Positions 46,256-56,628 of a stretch of DNA of 64,000 nt are shown here, piece after piece. A model generated the notes under the pieces. It saw nothing but the letters and a program-made list of their open reading frames with translations. It searched no databases and had not been told where the DNA came from. Position 1 is the stretch's first letter. Every line of letters starts with the position of its first letter. Origin of the DNA: Pyrinomonadaceae bacterium. Its GTDB lineage: Bacteria > Acidobacteriota > Blastocatellia > Pyrinomonadales > Pyrinomonadaceae. Where the stretch lies: assembly GCA_046262775.1 (NCBI GenBank), contig JBHEMC010000011.1, positions 936 through 64,935 on the forward strand. The letters are read 5' to 3'. The position numbers and the translations under genes are program-made.

Positions 46256-47524
46256 TTATCGTTTTAGCAAGCTTTCCGCGTCCTCAGCTCTGACACATGC
46301 AGGGAGTTCGCGGTGCGTGCTCATCATGAAGGCATTACTGCTCGCTCGCAGTGCGTTGCCGTGTGTCGCGGCGAGCCGCACGACGCGACTGAAGGGTGAC
46401 CAGCCGAAATAAAAGCCATCCTCAAGACTGACAAGTATGTCACCGGGATGTTGCACACGATTCTTAAATAATGATGCATAGAGGTTAGCGAGAATATCCG
46501 GGTAATGATGGGAGTTCGTAAGGCGGAACCATTCCGATTCGTGAGCGAACCCTTCATCAGTCAGTTTTCCGCTCGTCCTCAGCTGCTCCCGTATGGGGGC
46601 CAACTCCAGTGGATCGCCATCCTTGTTTGTGTAGTTGTAAAAGATAGCCTCATTGGAAACCGCCCGTTGAATACACGCTTTGCCTCGCGAACTTTGCAGG
46701 CAAACTCCACCATTAGACGGATAGATAACAAAGTCGACTCCCCGCGCTTCGCTTATCGCCTGAGCTACATCCGGTACGAGCTGCTGATCTGCGCAATAGA
46801 CAGCCGCATAGCTGCAGAGGCCAAACGCTGGAATGGAAACAGATCTTTTACTCGCAGTTTTAAAGTCGGATTGAAGGCTGAAACCTTTACTGCGCAGATG
46901 TGTGGCTAAACTGACGCGCCGGTTCTCTTCAAGGTTCATTCCGTGATCTGAAAAGAGAACGACTTCGGTTTCATCACCACAAAACGTTTGAATGTCACGC
47001 AGAATTTCATCGAGTGACTCAAGCGCTATCGCCAGCCGGTCTGGTCCACAACTGTGCAACAGCCCATCAGTCGCCTTCAAGAAAGCAAAGTAGTCGCGGG
47101 TTTGTGGCGCCAAACGAAAACGTTCGCGGAACCGTTGCATGTCAGTACGCCAAACTTTATCCGGAGCAACATAAATCAGAAACTCGAAAGCTAACGGCTC
47201 CTGGTAATCCAACTGGTCCATGTAGGACGACGGCACTTTATCGGGAGTACGACGTCCAAGGTATTTCTTTATTCCGCCTCGCAACGCTGAAGCCTGCTTG
47301 TCGAAGTAGAGACTCTCATAACCGGGAGGTGGTGTTGCCCTAAACATTACAGACAGTGCGACGTTGGTCATGCTGGGGAAGGGCGAAAGCAATCGAGTAG
47401 GCGTTCCGAACGAATCAAACAGTCCACGGTTCCTGGCGGCGAGAATTAATTCATGAGGAACACCATCGAGACCGAGCAGTAGGCGCCGTGGTCGTGATTT
47501 CCCAGGAATCCTTTTGTTATTCAT
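46256..47524 (-). CDS. Alkaline-phosphatase-superfamily protein (nucleotide pyrophosphatase/phosphodiesterase-like)
   Basis: 422 aa. The N-terminal metal-site block is LLLGLDGVPHELI and the distal motif is VVLFSDHGM, both typical of the AlkP/NPP superfamily. Confidence 0.55.
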   Translation of the reverse strand: MNNKRIPGKSRPRRLLLGLDGVPHELILAARNRGLFDSFGTPTRLLSPFPSMTNVALSVMFRATPPPGYESLYFDKQASALRGGIKKYLGRRTPDKVPSSYMDQLDYQEPLAFEFLIYVAPDKVWRTDMQRFRERFRLAPQTRDYFAFLKATDGLLHSCGPDRLAIALESLDEILRDIQTFCGDETEVVLFSDHGMNLEENRRVSLATHLRSKGFSLQSDFKTASKRSVSIPAFGLCSYAAVYCADQQLVPDVAQAISEARGVDFVIYPSNGGVCLQSSRGKACIQRAVSNEAIFYNYTNKDGDPLELAPIREQLRTSGKLTDEGFAHESEWFRLTNSHHYPDILANLYASLFKNRVQHPGDILVSLEDGFYFGWSPFSRVVRLAATHGNALRASSNAFMMSTHRELPACVRAEDAESLLKR

Positions 47525-47545
47525 GATGGTCTGCGCATCCCATTT

Positions 47546-48865
47546 TCACATTCCTTCAGGGCCTGGCGCTGCAGGCATTTGTTCAGCTCGATATGCCTGT
47601 CGCAAGCCTTTCTTTGCTTCATCGTGAGCGTCGTAGACATTAGGTCGCGCCAGAACCTCCTTGTATTGACCAAGCGCCTCATCGCGCCTGCCCGCCACGT
47701 CGTACGCTCTCGCGGCGTACAGATGGGCCATAGTGACCAGACCTGGTTCTGCGTGCTCAACCTTTGTTGCAGCCAAAAACTCCCTGGCCGCTCGATCATT
47801 CTCACCAGCTCTCAGCAGCACTTCTCCATACTTGAGATGAATCAGGTCGAGTGCCCGAGCAGCAGTATCTCGTATCGTCCGGTCACGTAATACTTCATCG
47901 AAAGTTGCAAAGGCCTCTCTCTCGGCACGCATCGCACCGGCTGCATCATTTGCTTTTCGTTTCGCGCCAGACACGCCAATGAGTGCATCAGCAGTTTCTA
48001 AACGAAAGAGATAATTTCGCGGATACTTTGCACTCAGCTCGCGCGTGAGGGCAAGCGCATCCGCATAACGTTGCTCGCGCGTGTAAAGCAGGATTAGAAG
48101 TGTCTTTGCGTCGTCCTGCCACCAATGTCCTTCCTTTGCCACCTGCTCCAACAAAGCGAGTCCGCGTTTTTTGGAACCACGATAACCGGTGACGCCCGCC
48201 ACAATTTTAATAAACGGTGGCAGCGACCCAACTGTGTATTCATACAAACCAATGGTGAGTTGCGCATCAACAAACTTTGGATCCAACTTCAATACTTCCC
48301 GGTGGTGATCCACGGCGTCATTGCCGTCCCGCAAAGCGGCGAAGTGTCGCCGCTCAACAGCCTCTTCAAACGACGCTTTCAACCCTTCCGTGGCGGCCAG
48401 GAAATCGAGCGCCTCAACATTTTTAGGATCAACCTTGAGTTTCGCCTCCGCCAGGCGCTTTGCTGAACGCGTTAGACTCCGAAATTCCTCCACCACCTTT
48501 GGATCAACCTTGTCGTCACCCGATGAATAAAATGATTGCGAGTTGTAGAGCGACGACTGCAGACGCCTTGATTCGTATAGCGCCTTGATCCAAACTCCTG
48601 CGGCCAACAACTGTGGTCCCGCTGGATGTGTGGGATACAGCTCCGCGATCTGCTTGAATTCACGCTGCGCCTTGTCGTAATCCAGGTTGTATAAAGCTTG
48701 AATTCCGCTGCGACGTAAACTATCGAGTCGAGTACGTTCCGTCTCCGTTAACCATGGTGACACTGCTTGCGCTCGTCCGTACTGCAAAGAGCAAAACAAT
48801 AGAATCAACGCTGCTATGAAACTTCTCGCCATTATTCCTCCGAACTGCAAAGCAACTGCGCTCAT
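47546..48865 (-). CDS. Secreted TPR-repeat protein
   Basis: 439 aa with the signal-like segment MARSFIAALILLFCSLQYGRAQA (alternative start 48832). Repeated A/Y/L-rich 34-residue units are present (…ALYNLDYDKAQREFKQIAELYP…, …AHLYAARAYDVAGRRDEALGQYKEVL…). Confidence 0.65.
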   Translation of the reverse strand: MSAVALQFGGIMARSFIAALILLFCSLQYGRAQAVSPWLTETERTRLDSLRRSGIQALYNLDYDKAQREFKQIAELYPTHPAGPQLLAAGVWIKALYESRRLQSSLYNSQSFYSSGDDKVDPKVVEEFRSLTRSAKRLAEAKLKVDPKNVEALDFLAATEGLKASFEEAVERRHFAALRDGNDAVDHHREVLKLDPKFVDAQLTIGLYEYTVGSLPPFIKIVAGVTGYRGSKKRGLALLEQVAKEGHWWQDDAKTLLILLYTREQRYADALALTRELSAKYPRNYLFRLETADALIGVSGAKRKANDAAGAMRAEREAFATFDEVLRDRTIRDTAARALDLIHLKYGEVLLRAGENDRAAREFLAATKVEHAEPGLVTMAHLYAARAYDVAGRRDEALGQYKEVLARPNVYDAHDEAKKGLRQAYRAEQMPAAPGPEGM

Positions 48866-48930
48866 CTACGCAGCGCTTGCTGACACGCAAACGACCCCAA
48901 CTGCCGTTAGACCCGTTGCAAATTTAATAA

Positions 48931-49271
48931 TCACGTTCTTAAAGATAGTTTTTGACGAGAGCGAATTGCCTCTGACACGGACCATTTCCTGACCTTCTTA
49001 ATCTCGTCATGGCTCAACCTGGTGGTGGCGCCGGTTTTGGCGTCAGTGATAACAAAGTGATCTGCAGTCGAGTTGATAACAAATCCTTTTATCTTTAGTC
49101 CGTCAATAGTGTTACTTCCGCTGTCGCCTGCCGGCCCGTGCCCATTCTAGCAATCTGCTCACGTATCCCCTGCGTGTGCAGCACGTCATTACGGGTTTGT
49201 GCTGCGACCACCGCGCACGGAATCATTACCAATAATCCCGCGAGTATGGGTGACCCGAGCTTCAAAATCAT
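48931..49271 (-). pseudogene. Small secreted protein gene interrupted by a frameshift
   Basis: Frame 1 encodes [29 protein letters not shown]...AEVTLLTD and stops at 49095-49097. The -1 frame is open from 49146 and continues ...TIDGLKIKGFVINSTADHFVITDAKTGATTRLSHDEIKKVRK... to a stop at 48931-48933. Adding one nucleotide near 49105-49110 would fuse them into one 113-codon ORF. Confidence 0.45.
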
Positions 49272-49285
49272 CGAACACTGCCTTT

Positions 49286-50452
49286 CTATCCGCCAAAGCA
49301 TTCAAGGTACTTCACACCCGCACCTGTATTGAACAAGACAACGGTTTCTTTCGGTTTAACTTTTCCGGCCTGGAGTAGCTTGCGCAATGCTGGTAAACAC
49401 GCAGCTCCTTCCGGGGCACAGAATATTCCTTCCTGCGCGCCAATCTCGCCGGTTGCGGCGATCAGTTCATCATCAGTCACTGCGATCGCTTCACCACTTG
49501 ATTCACGAATTGCATCCAGTATCAAGAAATCTCCTATCGCCTTAGGAACTCGGAGGCCAGACGCGCTTGTTGCGGCGTCGGGAAATTCATCTGCAAATCG
49601 TTTTCCTTCTTCAAATGCCCTCACAATTGGCGCACAACCTGCGGCCTGCACGGTCACCATTCGCGGCCGTTCACTCCCGATCCAACCCATCTCTTCCATT
49701 TCAGAAAACGCTTTCCACATTCCGATCAGGCCGGTGCCTCCTCCAGTCGGATAAATGATGACATCCGGCAGTTTCCAGTTGAGTTGCTCCGCCAGTTCGT
49801 AACCCAGAGTCTTTTTGCCCTCGACGCGATAGGGTTCTTTCAACGTCGAAACGTCAAACCAACCTTCTGCTTCTTTACGCCGCGCAACTTCAGCCCCGCA
49901 GTCGGTAATCAGGCCGTCCATTAAAGTCACATGAGCGCCGCTTTGCTGACACTCAATGACATTCGCACGTGGAGTGTCGCGTGGCATAAAGATGAAGCAC
50001 TCAAGACCAGCTCGCGCGGCGTAGGCAGCCAATGCGCCGGCAGCATTGCCTGCCGAGGGGACGGCTAACTTTCTAGCGCCCAACTCGCGTGCCATCGAAA
50101 CCGCGGCCGTCATGCCTCGCGCCTTAAAACTCTGCGTTGGGTTTTGCGACTCGTCTTTTATGTAAAGGTCATTTACACCAACACTTTTGCCCAATCGTCG
50201 CGTGTGAATCAAAGGAGTGAAGCCTTCTCCTAAAGAAACGATGCCGTCAGGATCCTCAACCGGCAATACCTCCAAGTATCGCCACAGATCAGGTCGACGT
50301 GAGCCGAGTGATTCTTTTGTCAAAGTGCGACCTGCACGAGCCAGGTCATAGCGAACCAACAGCGGTTTGCCGCATTCTTGACAGAGGTTGAGCAACTGAT
50401 GTGCCCTGTGTCGGAGACCGCAGAGTGCGCATTCGAGGTGGGTAACATTCAT
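49286..50452 (-). CDS. thrC: Threonine synthase
   Basis: 388 aa with an N-terminal zinc-ribbon-like CxxC...CxxC and the PLP-lysine motif [15 protein letters not shown]. Confidence 0.85.
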   Translation of the reverse strand: MNVTHLECALCGLRHRAHQLLNLCQECGKPLLVRYDLARAGRTLTKESLGSRRPDLWRYLEVLPVEDPDGIVSLGEGFTPLIHTRRLGKSVGVNDLYIKDESQNPTQSFKARGMTAAVSMARELGARKLAVPSAGNAAGALAAYAARAGLECFIFMPRDTPRANVIECQQSGAHVTLMDGLITDCGAEVARRKEAEGWFDVSTLKEPYRVEGKKTLGYELAEQLNWKLPDVIIYPTGGGTGLIGMWKAFSEMEEMGWIGSERPRMVTVQAAGCAPIVRAFEEGKRFADEFPDAATSASGLRVPKAIGDFLILDAIRESSGEAIAVTDDELIAATGEIGAQEGIFCAPEGAACLPALRKLLQAGKVKPKETVVLFNTGAGVKYLECFGG

Positions 50453-50702
50453 AATTCCTCGGGATCCTTTAGGTTTAGGTTTGAGAGCTTATCGATGCCA
50501 GAAAGCCAAGCGCCGCAATTATGTAGCAACTGACGGGGAACCTATAACCCTCGCTAACCTCGGGAAGCGACAATTTCAACACACCAACACAATTGACTGA
50601 CTATTCTTCAGGTGAACCGAGTAACCCGAAATCTGCAGAATGTGACATTCAACGTGTGAACGCTTATCTTTTCATTTGAAAAATACTGGACACAAAAGTT
50701 GA

Positions 50703-51581
50703 TTGACCATGCCTGTACGCCTGCTAGCGTTGGATCTCGACGGCACACTTCTGAATTCCCGTGGACGGATCTCTGCCCGGAACCGAGCTGCAATTGACAC
50801 CGCTCGTCAACGAGAAGTACGAGTAGCACTGGTAACCGGCCGGCGCTTTCGCGACTCGCGGCCGCTCGCTCTTGAGTTAGGGCTCGACGTTCCGTTGATA
50901 GCGCACAATGGCGCCTTGACGAAGCACGCTGAAACGCTTGAGACGGTTTCAGTACTTCACCTGCCCTTGTCAGCAGCGCGCGAGGCGTTGCAGATTGGCA
51001 GAAGTGTCGGCGCCGATGCGCTTCTCAGCGACGACCATGAGGGGTTGGGATTGCTCGTTTACGATCATGTCAGTGGCGACAATAATGCCACGCAGGAGTA
51101 CATTCGCTGGGCGCGCAACGTGCATGGCGATGGCGATCAGCATGATGCTGTGCGCGAAGTGAAATCGCTGGAAGCCTATCTTGACCACGAGCCGATTCAT
51201 TTGGCGTTCTCAGGCGACTGCGCGTCGATGAATTTCCTGAACGACCGCTTGCAGGAGCAGTTGGCAGCCAAAGTGAAAATATTTTGCACTACCTATCCAG
51301 AGAAAGACTTCACATTGCTAGACATTGTCAATCCGGCAGCGTCGAAGGCGGCAGGAGTCGCGGCTGCGGCGGCAGAGTTAGGGATAGAGGCAGCCGAAAT
51401 ACTTGCAGTCGGCGACAACTACAACGATCTGGAAATGTTGCTTTTCGCAGGCACCGGTGTAGTGATGGCCAACGCGCCGCTCTCGTTGCGAGAAATTCCG
51501 GGCTTGCACCCGACCGCTTCAAATAACGAAGATGGGGTTGCATTGGCTATAGAGGAATTTATACTGAATCTTGACTACTGA
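50703..51581 (+). CDS. Cof-type HAD-IIB hydrolase
   Basis: 292 aa (TTG 50703 or ATG 50709). HAD motif I is LLALDLDGTLL, the distal motif is VGDNYNDLEML, and the cap is Cof-like. Confidence 0.75.
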   Translation: MTMPVRLLALDLDGTLLNSRGRISARNRAAIDTARQREVRVALVTGRRFRDSRPLALELGLDVPLIAHNGALTKHAETLETVSVLHLPLSAAREALQIGRSVGADALLSDDHEGLGLLVYDHVSGDNNATQEYIRWARNVHGDGDQHDAVREVKSLEAYLDHEPIHLAFSGDCASMNFLNDRLQEQLAAKVKIFCTTYPEKDFTLLDIVNPAASKAAGVAAAAAELGIEAAEILAVGDNYNDLEMLLFAGTGVVMANAPLSLREIPGLHPTASNNEDGVALAIEEFILNLDY

Positions 51582-51596
51582 TCATCGAGGAGCACC

Positions 51597-52079
51597 ATGC
51601 CAAACCGAACTGCAGTCGTGAAAACCAACAAGGGTACAATCCGTTTCGAACTACTCGAGTCGGACGCGCCGAAGACGACAGAAAACTTCATCAAGCTTAC
51701 TGAGCGCGGCTATTACGACGGTATCATTTTTCACCGGGTCATCAAGAACTTCATGATCCAGGGCGGAGACCCGACCGGCACTGGCAGAGGAGGAGAGTCA
51801 GCCTGGGGCGGACGTTTCAATGACGAAATTAATCCTAAATCACCCGTTTATCAGACGGGTTACAAAGCAGGTACCGTTGCGATGGCCAATGCCGGACCCA
51901 ACACGAACGGGTCGCAATTCTTCATAATGCACGGCGACTATCCGTTACCTCCAAGCTACACGATCTTTGGTCGCATCACCGAAGGGGATGATGTTGTAAA
52001 TGCGATTGCGACGACTGAAACAGATCGCAACGACAAACCGATTAATGAAGTGAAGATGGAGCAGATAACGATCGAATAA
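51597..52079 (+). CDS. ppiB: Cyclophilin-type peptidyl-prolyl cis-trans isomerase (cytoplasmic)
   Basis: 160 aa with the signature FHRVIKNFMIQGGDPTGTGRGGES and GTVAMANAGPNTNGSQFFI. No signal peptide is present. Confidence 0.9.
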   Translation: MPNRTAVVKTNKGTIRFELLESDAPKTTENFIKLTERGYYDGIIFHRVIKNFMIQGGDPTGTGRGGESAWGGRFNDEINPKSPVYQTGYKAGTVAMANAGPNTNGSQFFIMHGDYPLPPSYTIFGRITEGDDVVNAIATTETDRNDKPINEVKMEQITIE

Positions 52080-52268
52080 AAGCCGAATATCTTGTCCGAT
52101 AACCTTCAGCTTAGCGTGACTTCAATACCTTTTAGGCTGCGCGCCACCGTCATTTCAGATTGCTGAACTCCTTGAAGTCAAGAGGTTCAGCCCTCGCGTC
52201 GTTCTCAACAACAGATTGATCTTCAGGAATCATCTCCGAAAGGCGCACAGATGGAAATCATTGAGGTT

Positions 52269-53027
52269 CTAACGGGCGGCGTGTCGAATCTTCTCCGTTA
52301 CAAATGCTTTCGCAAGCCGTACGGCTTCTACTAAATTCCTACCGTGAGCGAGCTCTGCCGTAATACCTGCCGACAACATGCATCCCGATCCATGCAACTG
52401 AGCACCTTCGAGGAATGGCGCGCGAAACTCATGAAACAGACCTCGGCGATCGAGCAAAATATCTATCGCGTCGCTGCTGTTCGCAAGATGTCCGCCCTTC
52501 AACAACACAGCTCTGGCTCCCATAAATTTTAACTGCTCCGCTGCAATCTTCATCTCCGCCTCATTGGTAATTTTCGCTCTCGTCAATTCTTGAGCTTCAG
52601 CAATATTCGGGGTGACAACACGTGCGAATGGAAATAACTTCTCAATTAAAACCGGGACAGCATCGGGTTCGATCAACAACTGCCCGGCAGTTGCAGCTAA
52701 TACAGGGTCGACCACTGGTGCCGGCAGTAGTCCATCGGAACAGAGTCGTGCAACTGCCAATATCAGCTCCGCAGTAGGCAGCATCCCTGTTTTGACAGCT
52801 GTGATTTCAAACTGATCCAACACCGGTTCAAGTTGCGCTCGCAAGGTGTCCGCACTTTGATGCTCGACGCCGAAGACTTGCTTCGTATTCTGAAAGGTAA
52901 TGGACGTCAATGCCGCGACTGGCGAACACTTGAACGCGATGAATGTTTTAACGTCAGCAATGATTCCGGCGCCGCCCGAAGGATCGAGGCCCGCGATTGT
53001 CAAGACTGTTGGCTCGCGTTGAGACAT
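52269..53027 (-). CDS. thiD: Hydroxymethylpyrimidine/phosphomethylpyrimidine kinase
   Basis: 252 aa with motifs VLTIAGLDPSGGAGIIADVKTF, VKTGML, LLKGGHL, GSGCMLSAGI. Confidence 0.85.
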   Translation of the reverse strand: MSQREPTVLTIAGLDPSGGAGIIADVKTFIAFKCSPVAALTSITFQNTKQVFGVEHQSADTLRAQLEPVLDQFEITAVKTGMLPTAELILAVARLCSDGLLPAPVVDPVLAATAGQLLIEPDAVPVLIEKLFPFARVVTPNIAEAQELTRAKITNEAEMKIAAEQLKFMGARAVLLKGGHLANSSDAIDILLDRRGLFHEFRAPFLEGAQLHGSGCMLSAGITAELAHGRNLVEAVRLAKAFVTEKIRHAAR

Positions 53028-53033
53028 TCTGTT

Positions 53034-53705
53034 TCAATTATTCTCGTTTTCAGCTTTGTATTGCTCGCGAACTTGAGAAACGACGTCTTGCAAATGTTCG
53101 GCGCCGCCAAACATCGTGATTGCGGCAACTCCCGCCGCACCGGCACGAAAACATTCCCCTACATTGGATCTTGAGATACCACCAATCGCGACAACTGGGA
53201 AGTCGTCCATTTCGTTGACCACAAGGCGTAACTCTTCGATTCCCTGTGGAGGTCCGAATATTTTTTTTGATTCCGTTTCAAAAACTGGACCATAAACTAC
53301 AAAGTTAGCGCCGCTAGTGCGAGCAACACTTGCCTGGACCACACTGTGTGTTGAGGCGCCGATCAAAATCTGTGGGCCAAAGGTTGCGCGTACTACCTGG
53401 ACGGGCAGCGAATGCGACGCCAGGTGAACCCCCAATCCAGTAGCAGACGCAATGTCAGCTCGGTCGTTTATTAGAACTCTCGTCGCACTTTTCCGCGTGA
53501 TTTCGGAAGCATGGCTCGCCAGCTCAAAAAGTACACGTCCGGTTAACTGCTTCTCACGAATCTGCACATAGGAGACTTTAGCAGTCACAGCCGACGTAAT
53601 TAGCTTTAGTATTTGATCGAACTGGTCCGCGTCAGGAGTTGTTTGCGAGGTCGTTGTGCCGCTCGTGATCAGATACAGGAGTGGCCGGGGATTTTCGAGA
53701 CGCAT
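53034..53705 (-). CDS. thiE: Thiamine-phosphate synthase
   Basis: ORF trimmed to ATG 53705 (MRLENPRPLLYLITSG...). Blocks are VQIREK, LINDRADIA, GVHL, IGASTH, and IAIGGI. Confidence 0.8.
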   Translation of the reverse strand: MRLENPRPLLYLITSGTTTSQTTPDADQFDQILKLITSAVTAKVSYVQIREKQLTGRVLFELASHASEITRKSATRVLINDRADIASATGLGVHLASHSLPVQVVRATFGPQILIGASTHSVVQASVARTSGANFVVYGPVFETESKKIFGPPQGIEELRLVVNEMDDFPVVAIGGISRSNVGECFRAGAAGVAAITMFGGAEHLQDVVSQVREQYKAENENN

Positions 53706-54030
53706 CACTTTTTCCCTTGCCTGTCGTCTCTCGCTGTAGCGCACGCACAGTGTTCTTGAAGTTGAAGATCTCCCAAAACGCAATTCCGAGGTTAAGCAGG
53801 CCCACGCCAGTAACACCGCCGCGCACCCATCCTGAAGCAACTACCGTTTGCAATCCATGATATCCGGTCTTGCGGGCAGCGTATAAGAGGAAGTAGTTGT
53901 TGCCCCAGTCGCTAAGCCCCCACATACCCTGAGGCCACCACGGTAACACAGTAAGAAAGATGCCAATTTCAAGGCACAGAATTATGTAGAAGACGACACT
54001 TAGCTTGGCTGACATGGGAAACTTTGCCAT
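53632..54030 (-). CDS. Small integral membrane protein, unknown function
   Basis: 132 aa (alternative ATG 54015). It has three hydrophobic segments (LSVVFYIILCLEIGIFLTVLPWW, ..., GVTGVGLLNLGIAFWEIF) and a hydrophilic tail. Its last 74 nt overlap the thiE start in another frame. Confidence 0.45.
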   Translation of the reverse strand: MAKFPMSAKLSVVFYIILCLEIGIFLTVLPWWPQGMWGLSDWGNNYFLLYAARKTGYHGLQTVVASGWVRGGVTGVGLLNLGIAFWEIFNFKNTVRALQRETTGKGKSDASRKSPATPVSDHERHNDLANNS

Positions 54031-54082
54031 CGCGAATTCACGTCACATCATTAGATGTAGACCGAGACTCGCAATTCGAATT

Positions 54083-56344
54083 TCACTTTTTCTTGTTCTT
54101 ACCGCGCTTCTTCAACTTTTCAGCGACTTCACGATAAGAAACATCAACACCGTAAACCTCTGTGTACTGCTGTAGAGCGTTTTCATTATCGCCCAACTGT
54201 TCGTACGCAAGACCCAGCTCGTAACGCAGGGCCTGAGCCTGATCCTCAGAAGCGCCGGGAGCGGTTATTCCCTTTTTTAACCAGATGACGGCAGCTTCCG
54301 GCATACCATTTTCCATAAAGCAATGGCCCAGCATGCTGCAACACTCCAGGAAGCGCGGTGTTCCATCACCCGGCTTCACGAGAGTAGCTGAGATCTGAAA
54401 CTCCTGCACAGCCTCGTCAAGTAAACCCATCTCTTTATAGGCAGTGCCCATGTTGTAGTGCGTCTCAAAATCTTCGTGGCTGGCGTCGCCTTGTTCTTCC
54501 GCCGCACGAAACTCCTCAAACAGTTCCGCCAATCCTGCGTCAATGCCTTTACCAGCGGCCGACGTAGTGATTTCAACTTCACCGTTCGCGGGTGGAGGTT
54601 CACCGCTGAAGGAGGCAAACGCCATATCAACATCTTCAGCAGCGTCAGCCGGCTTCGTCTCTACTGCTTCGACAGGTGTAAAGTCGAAAACGTCTCTTGG
54701 AGCAGCGGTACCTTGCGCGGCAAGCTTTTCACGCCGCGATGTTATTTCATCATGCGGTCCGTACTGTCGCTCGAGCATATCAAGCGTGTCGGTAGCAATA
54801 TCAAAGTAACTCTGGGCGATGTAAAAATCGACGCTCTCGAGTTCCTGACGCATCATCATTTCCAGGCGAGCTTCTTCGTCTTCCGAAACAATGCGCTGCG
54901 TAAACGAAGCGGCTGTCTCTTCCAGATCAACCTCCTGAAAATCCTGGGTGGCTGGGGTTGACGGATTCGATTCCGCAACTGGCTCATTTAGATCGGCAAA
55001 GGAAGTGGTGGGATCGAGAAAGGCCTCAGTCGCTGAGTTGGAGACGAATTCGGCGCTCTGCGCAGCCATCGCAGGCGCGGTGTCGACATTCTCATTGACA
55101 ATTGAAAAAGTTTCAAACTCCGGCACGTCGGAAGATGGCGTTTCCGAGATTGTAAAATCATCAACTGCCTCATCCTGAAGGCCACCCACCTCGTCAAGGC
55201 GTTTTAGATAACGCTTCTCGTCGGGAGCGAGTCGGACCAACTGTGTCAGCGCGTATCGCTCGTCTTCAACTAACTCCATCGCCTCCGCGGCTTCAGCAAG
55301 TCGTTCCAGCGTGGCGCGAAGTGCGTCCATATCGCGTTGCCACCAGTGAATCCGAACCAACATTCGTAAGGCAGCAACATGATCGGGGTTACGTTCCAGC
55401 ACACTGTTGACAAGCTCGAGCAGCGCATTTTCTTCACGTCCGGCGAGCATACGCTCGATAACGCCGGACAATATCCTCACCGCATCGTCTAGCTGTCCAC
55501 CCTTAACGTAAAGTCGTGCGACCGGAATCAACTCGACATAATTCGCCGGATCCTGATTCATCAGGATTGTGGTGGCGCGCTCAGCCCCGGCAGGTTCTTC
55601 GGCGGCCAAATATGCACGCGCAAGCATTGCTACAAGCTCATGGTCGTCTTCGCGGTCAAGCACTAATTGCTCTAGAATCTCGGCGGCATCATCTGCAGTG
55701 CCACGAGCAATGTGCGTTTCAAGCAGTCCTCGAACCGACTCAGGGTCATCAGGAACCAGTTGCAAAGCTTTCGTATACGCGGCCAGAGCCTTGTCGTGAT
55801 TGCCTGTTTGGTTCAGCCGGTGAGCGGCCTGCACAAACGCGCTTGCCGCCTCACGTCGCATGCTTTCTTTAAGGTAGCCTTCCGCAAGCTTCAGCCTGAT
55901 TTCTGTATTGTTTGGATCGAGATCGGCGATCCGATGCAGGATGTCGAGAGCTTTTTTGTGTTCGCCAGTACGGCTGGCAGCATCAGCAACAATCAGATAC
56001 TGTGAGCGTGCGTCGACAATAAGACCTTGCATTGCATAAAGGTCGCCGAGTTTGGCTGCGACGACAGGGTCTCGCGGTTTCAAGCGCTCGATCTTTTTGT
56101 ACATCGCAATAGCCTTCAGATTGAATTGCTGATTGGAATAGTGCTCAGCTATTTTCTGAAAGCACGCGATTGCCTCATCTTTTTTGCCGGCTCGAGCGTA
56201 AAGATCGCCCAGCATGTTCAAGGTCGTGAGATCGTCGGCATCGTGCTCGACAATCTGACGATACTCCTTAATTGCTGAGTTGATCTTCCCCTGGGACAGG
56301 AATTTCTCGGCGGCTTTTAGTACCTTAGCTTTATCGAAAACCAT
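54083..56344 (-). CDS. Large TPR-repeat protein with acidic central region
   Basis: 753 aa. The N-terminal half is TPR units (…LNMLGDLYARAGKKDEAIACFQKIAEHY…). The centre is a D/E-rich low-complexity segment. The C-terminus has TPRs (HYNMGTAYKEMGLLDEAVQEF) and a lysine tail KLKKRGKNKKK. Confidence 0.65.
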   Translation of the reverse strand: MVFDKAKVLKAAEKFLSQGKINSAIKEYRQIVEHDADDLTTLNMLGDLYARAGKKDEAIACFQKIAEHYSNQQFNLKAIAMYKKIERLKPRDPVVAAKLGDLYAMQGLIVDARSQYLIVADAASRTGEHKKALDILHRIADLDPNNTEIRLKLAEGYLKESMRREAASAFVQAAHRLNQTGNHDKALAAYTKALQLVPDDPESVRGLLETHIARGTADDAAEILEQLVLDREDDHELVAMLARAYLAAEEPAGAERATTILMNQDPANYVELIPVARLYVKGGQLDDAVRILSGVIERMLAGREENALLELVNSVLERNPDHVAALRMLVRIHWWQRDMDALRATLERLAEAAEAMELVEDERYALTQLVRLAPDEKRYLKRLDEVGGLQDEAVDDFTISETPSSDVPEFETFSIVNENVDTAPAMAAQSAEFVSNSATEAFLDPTTSFADLNEPVAESNPSTPATQDFQEVDLEETAASFTQRIVSEDEEARLEMMMRQELESVDFYIAQSYFDIATDTLDMLERQYGPHDEITSRREKLAAQGTAAPRDVFDFTPVEAVETKPADAAEDVDMAFASFSGEPPPANGEVEITTSAAGKGIDAGLAELFEEFRAAEEQGDASHEDFETHYNMGTAYKEMGLLDEAVQEFQISATLVKPGDGTPRFLECCSMLGHCFMENGMPEAAVIWLKKGITAPGASEDQAQALRYELGLAYEQLGDNENALQQYTEVYGVDVSYREVAEKLKKRGKNKKK

Positions 56345-56628
56345 CAGGGATATTGTGATTCACACAAGGTGGTGGCGTTTTATCGTAGCGGCGGGCAGAG
56401 GAACAACGAGATGATGCGCTTGTCAAAACTTGCGTTTTTCCTATTACCCGAAAACAGCCGCTTGATACGCTACCATGCGTAAATAAAAGGTGTCAACGCG
56501 CCTATTTCTGACGCTCAATAGAACTGATTGCTATTAGTTGTCGAATGACTTAACAACTGCTGCTTGAGCTTCGCACAGAATGGCCACAAGCGAAAGTTCG
56601 CACGTGGTAAAACGAACTGGAATCACTA

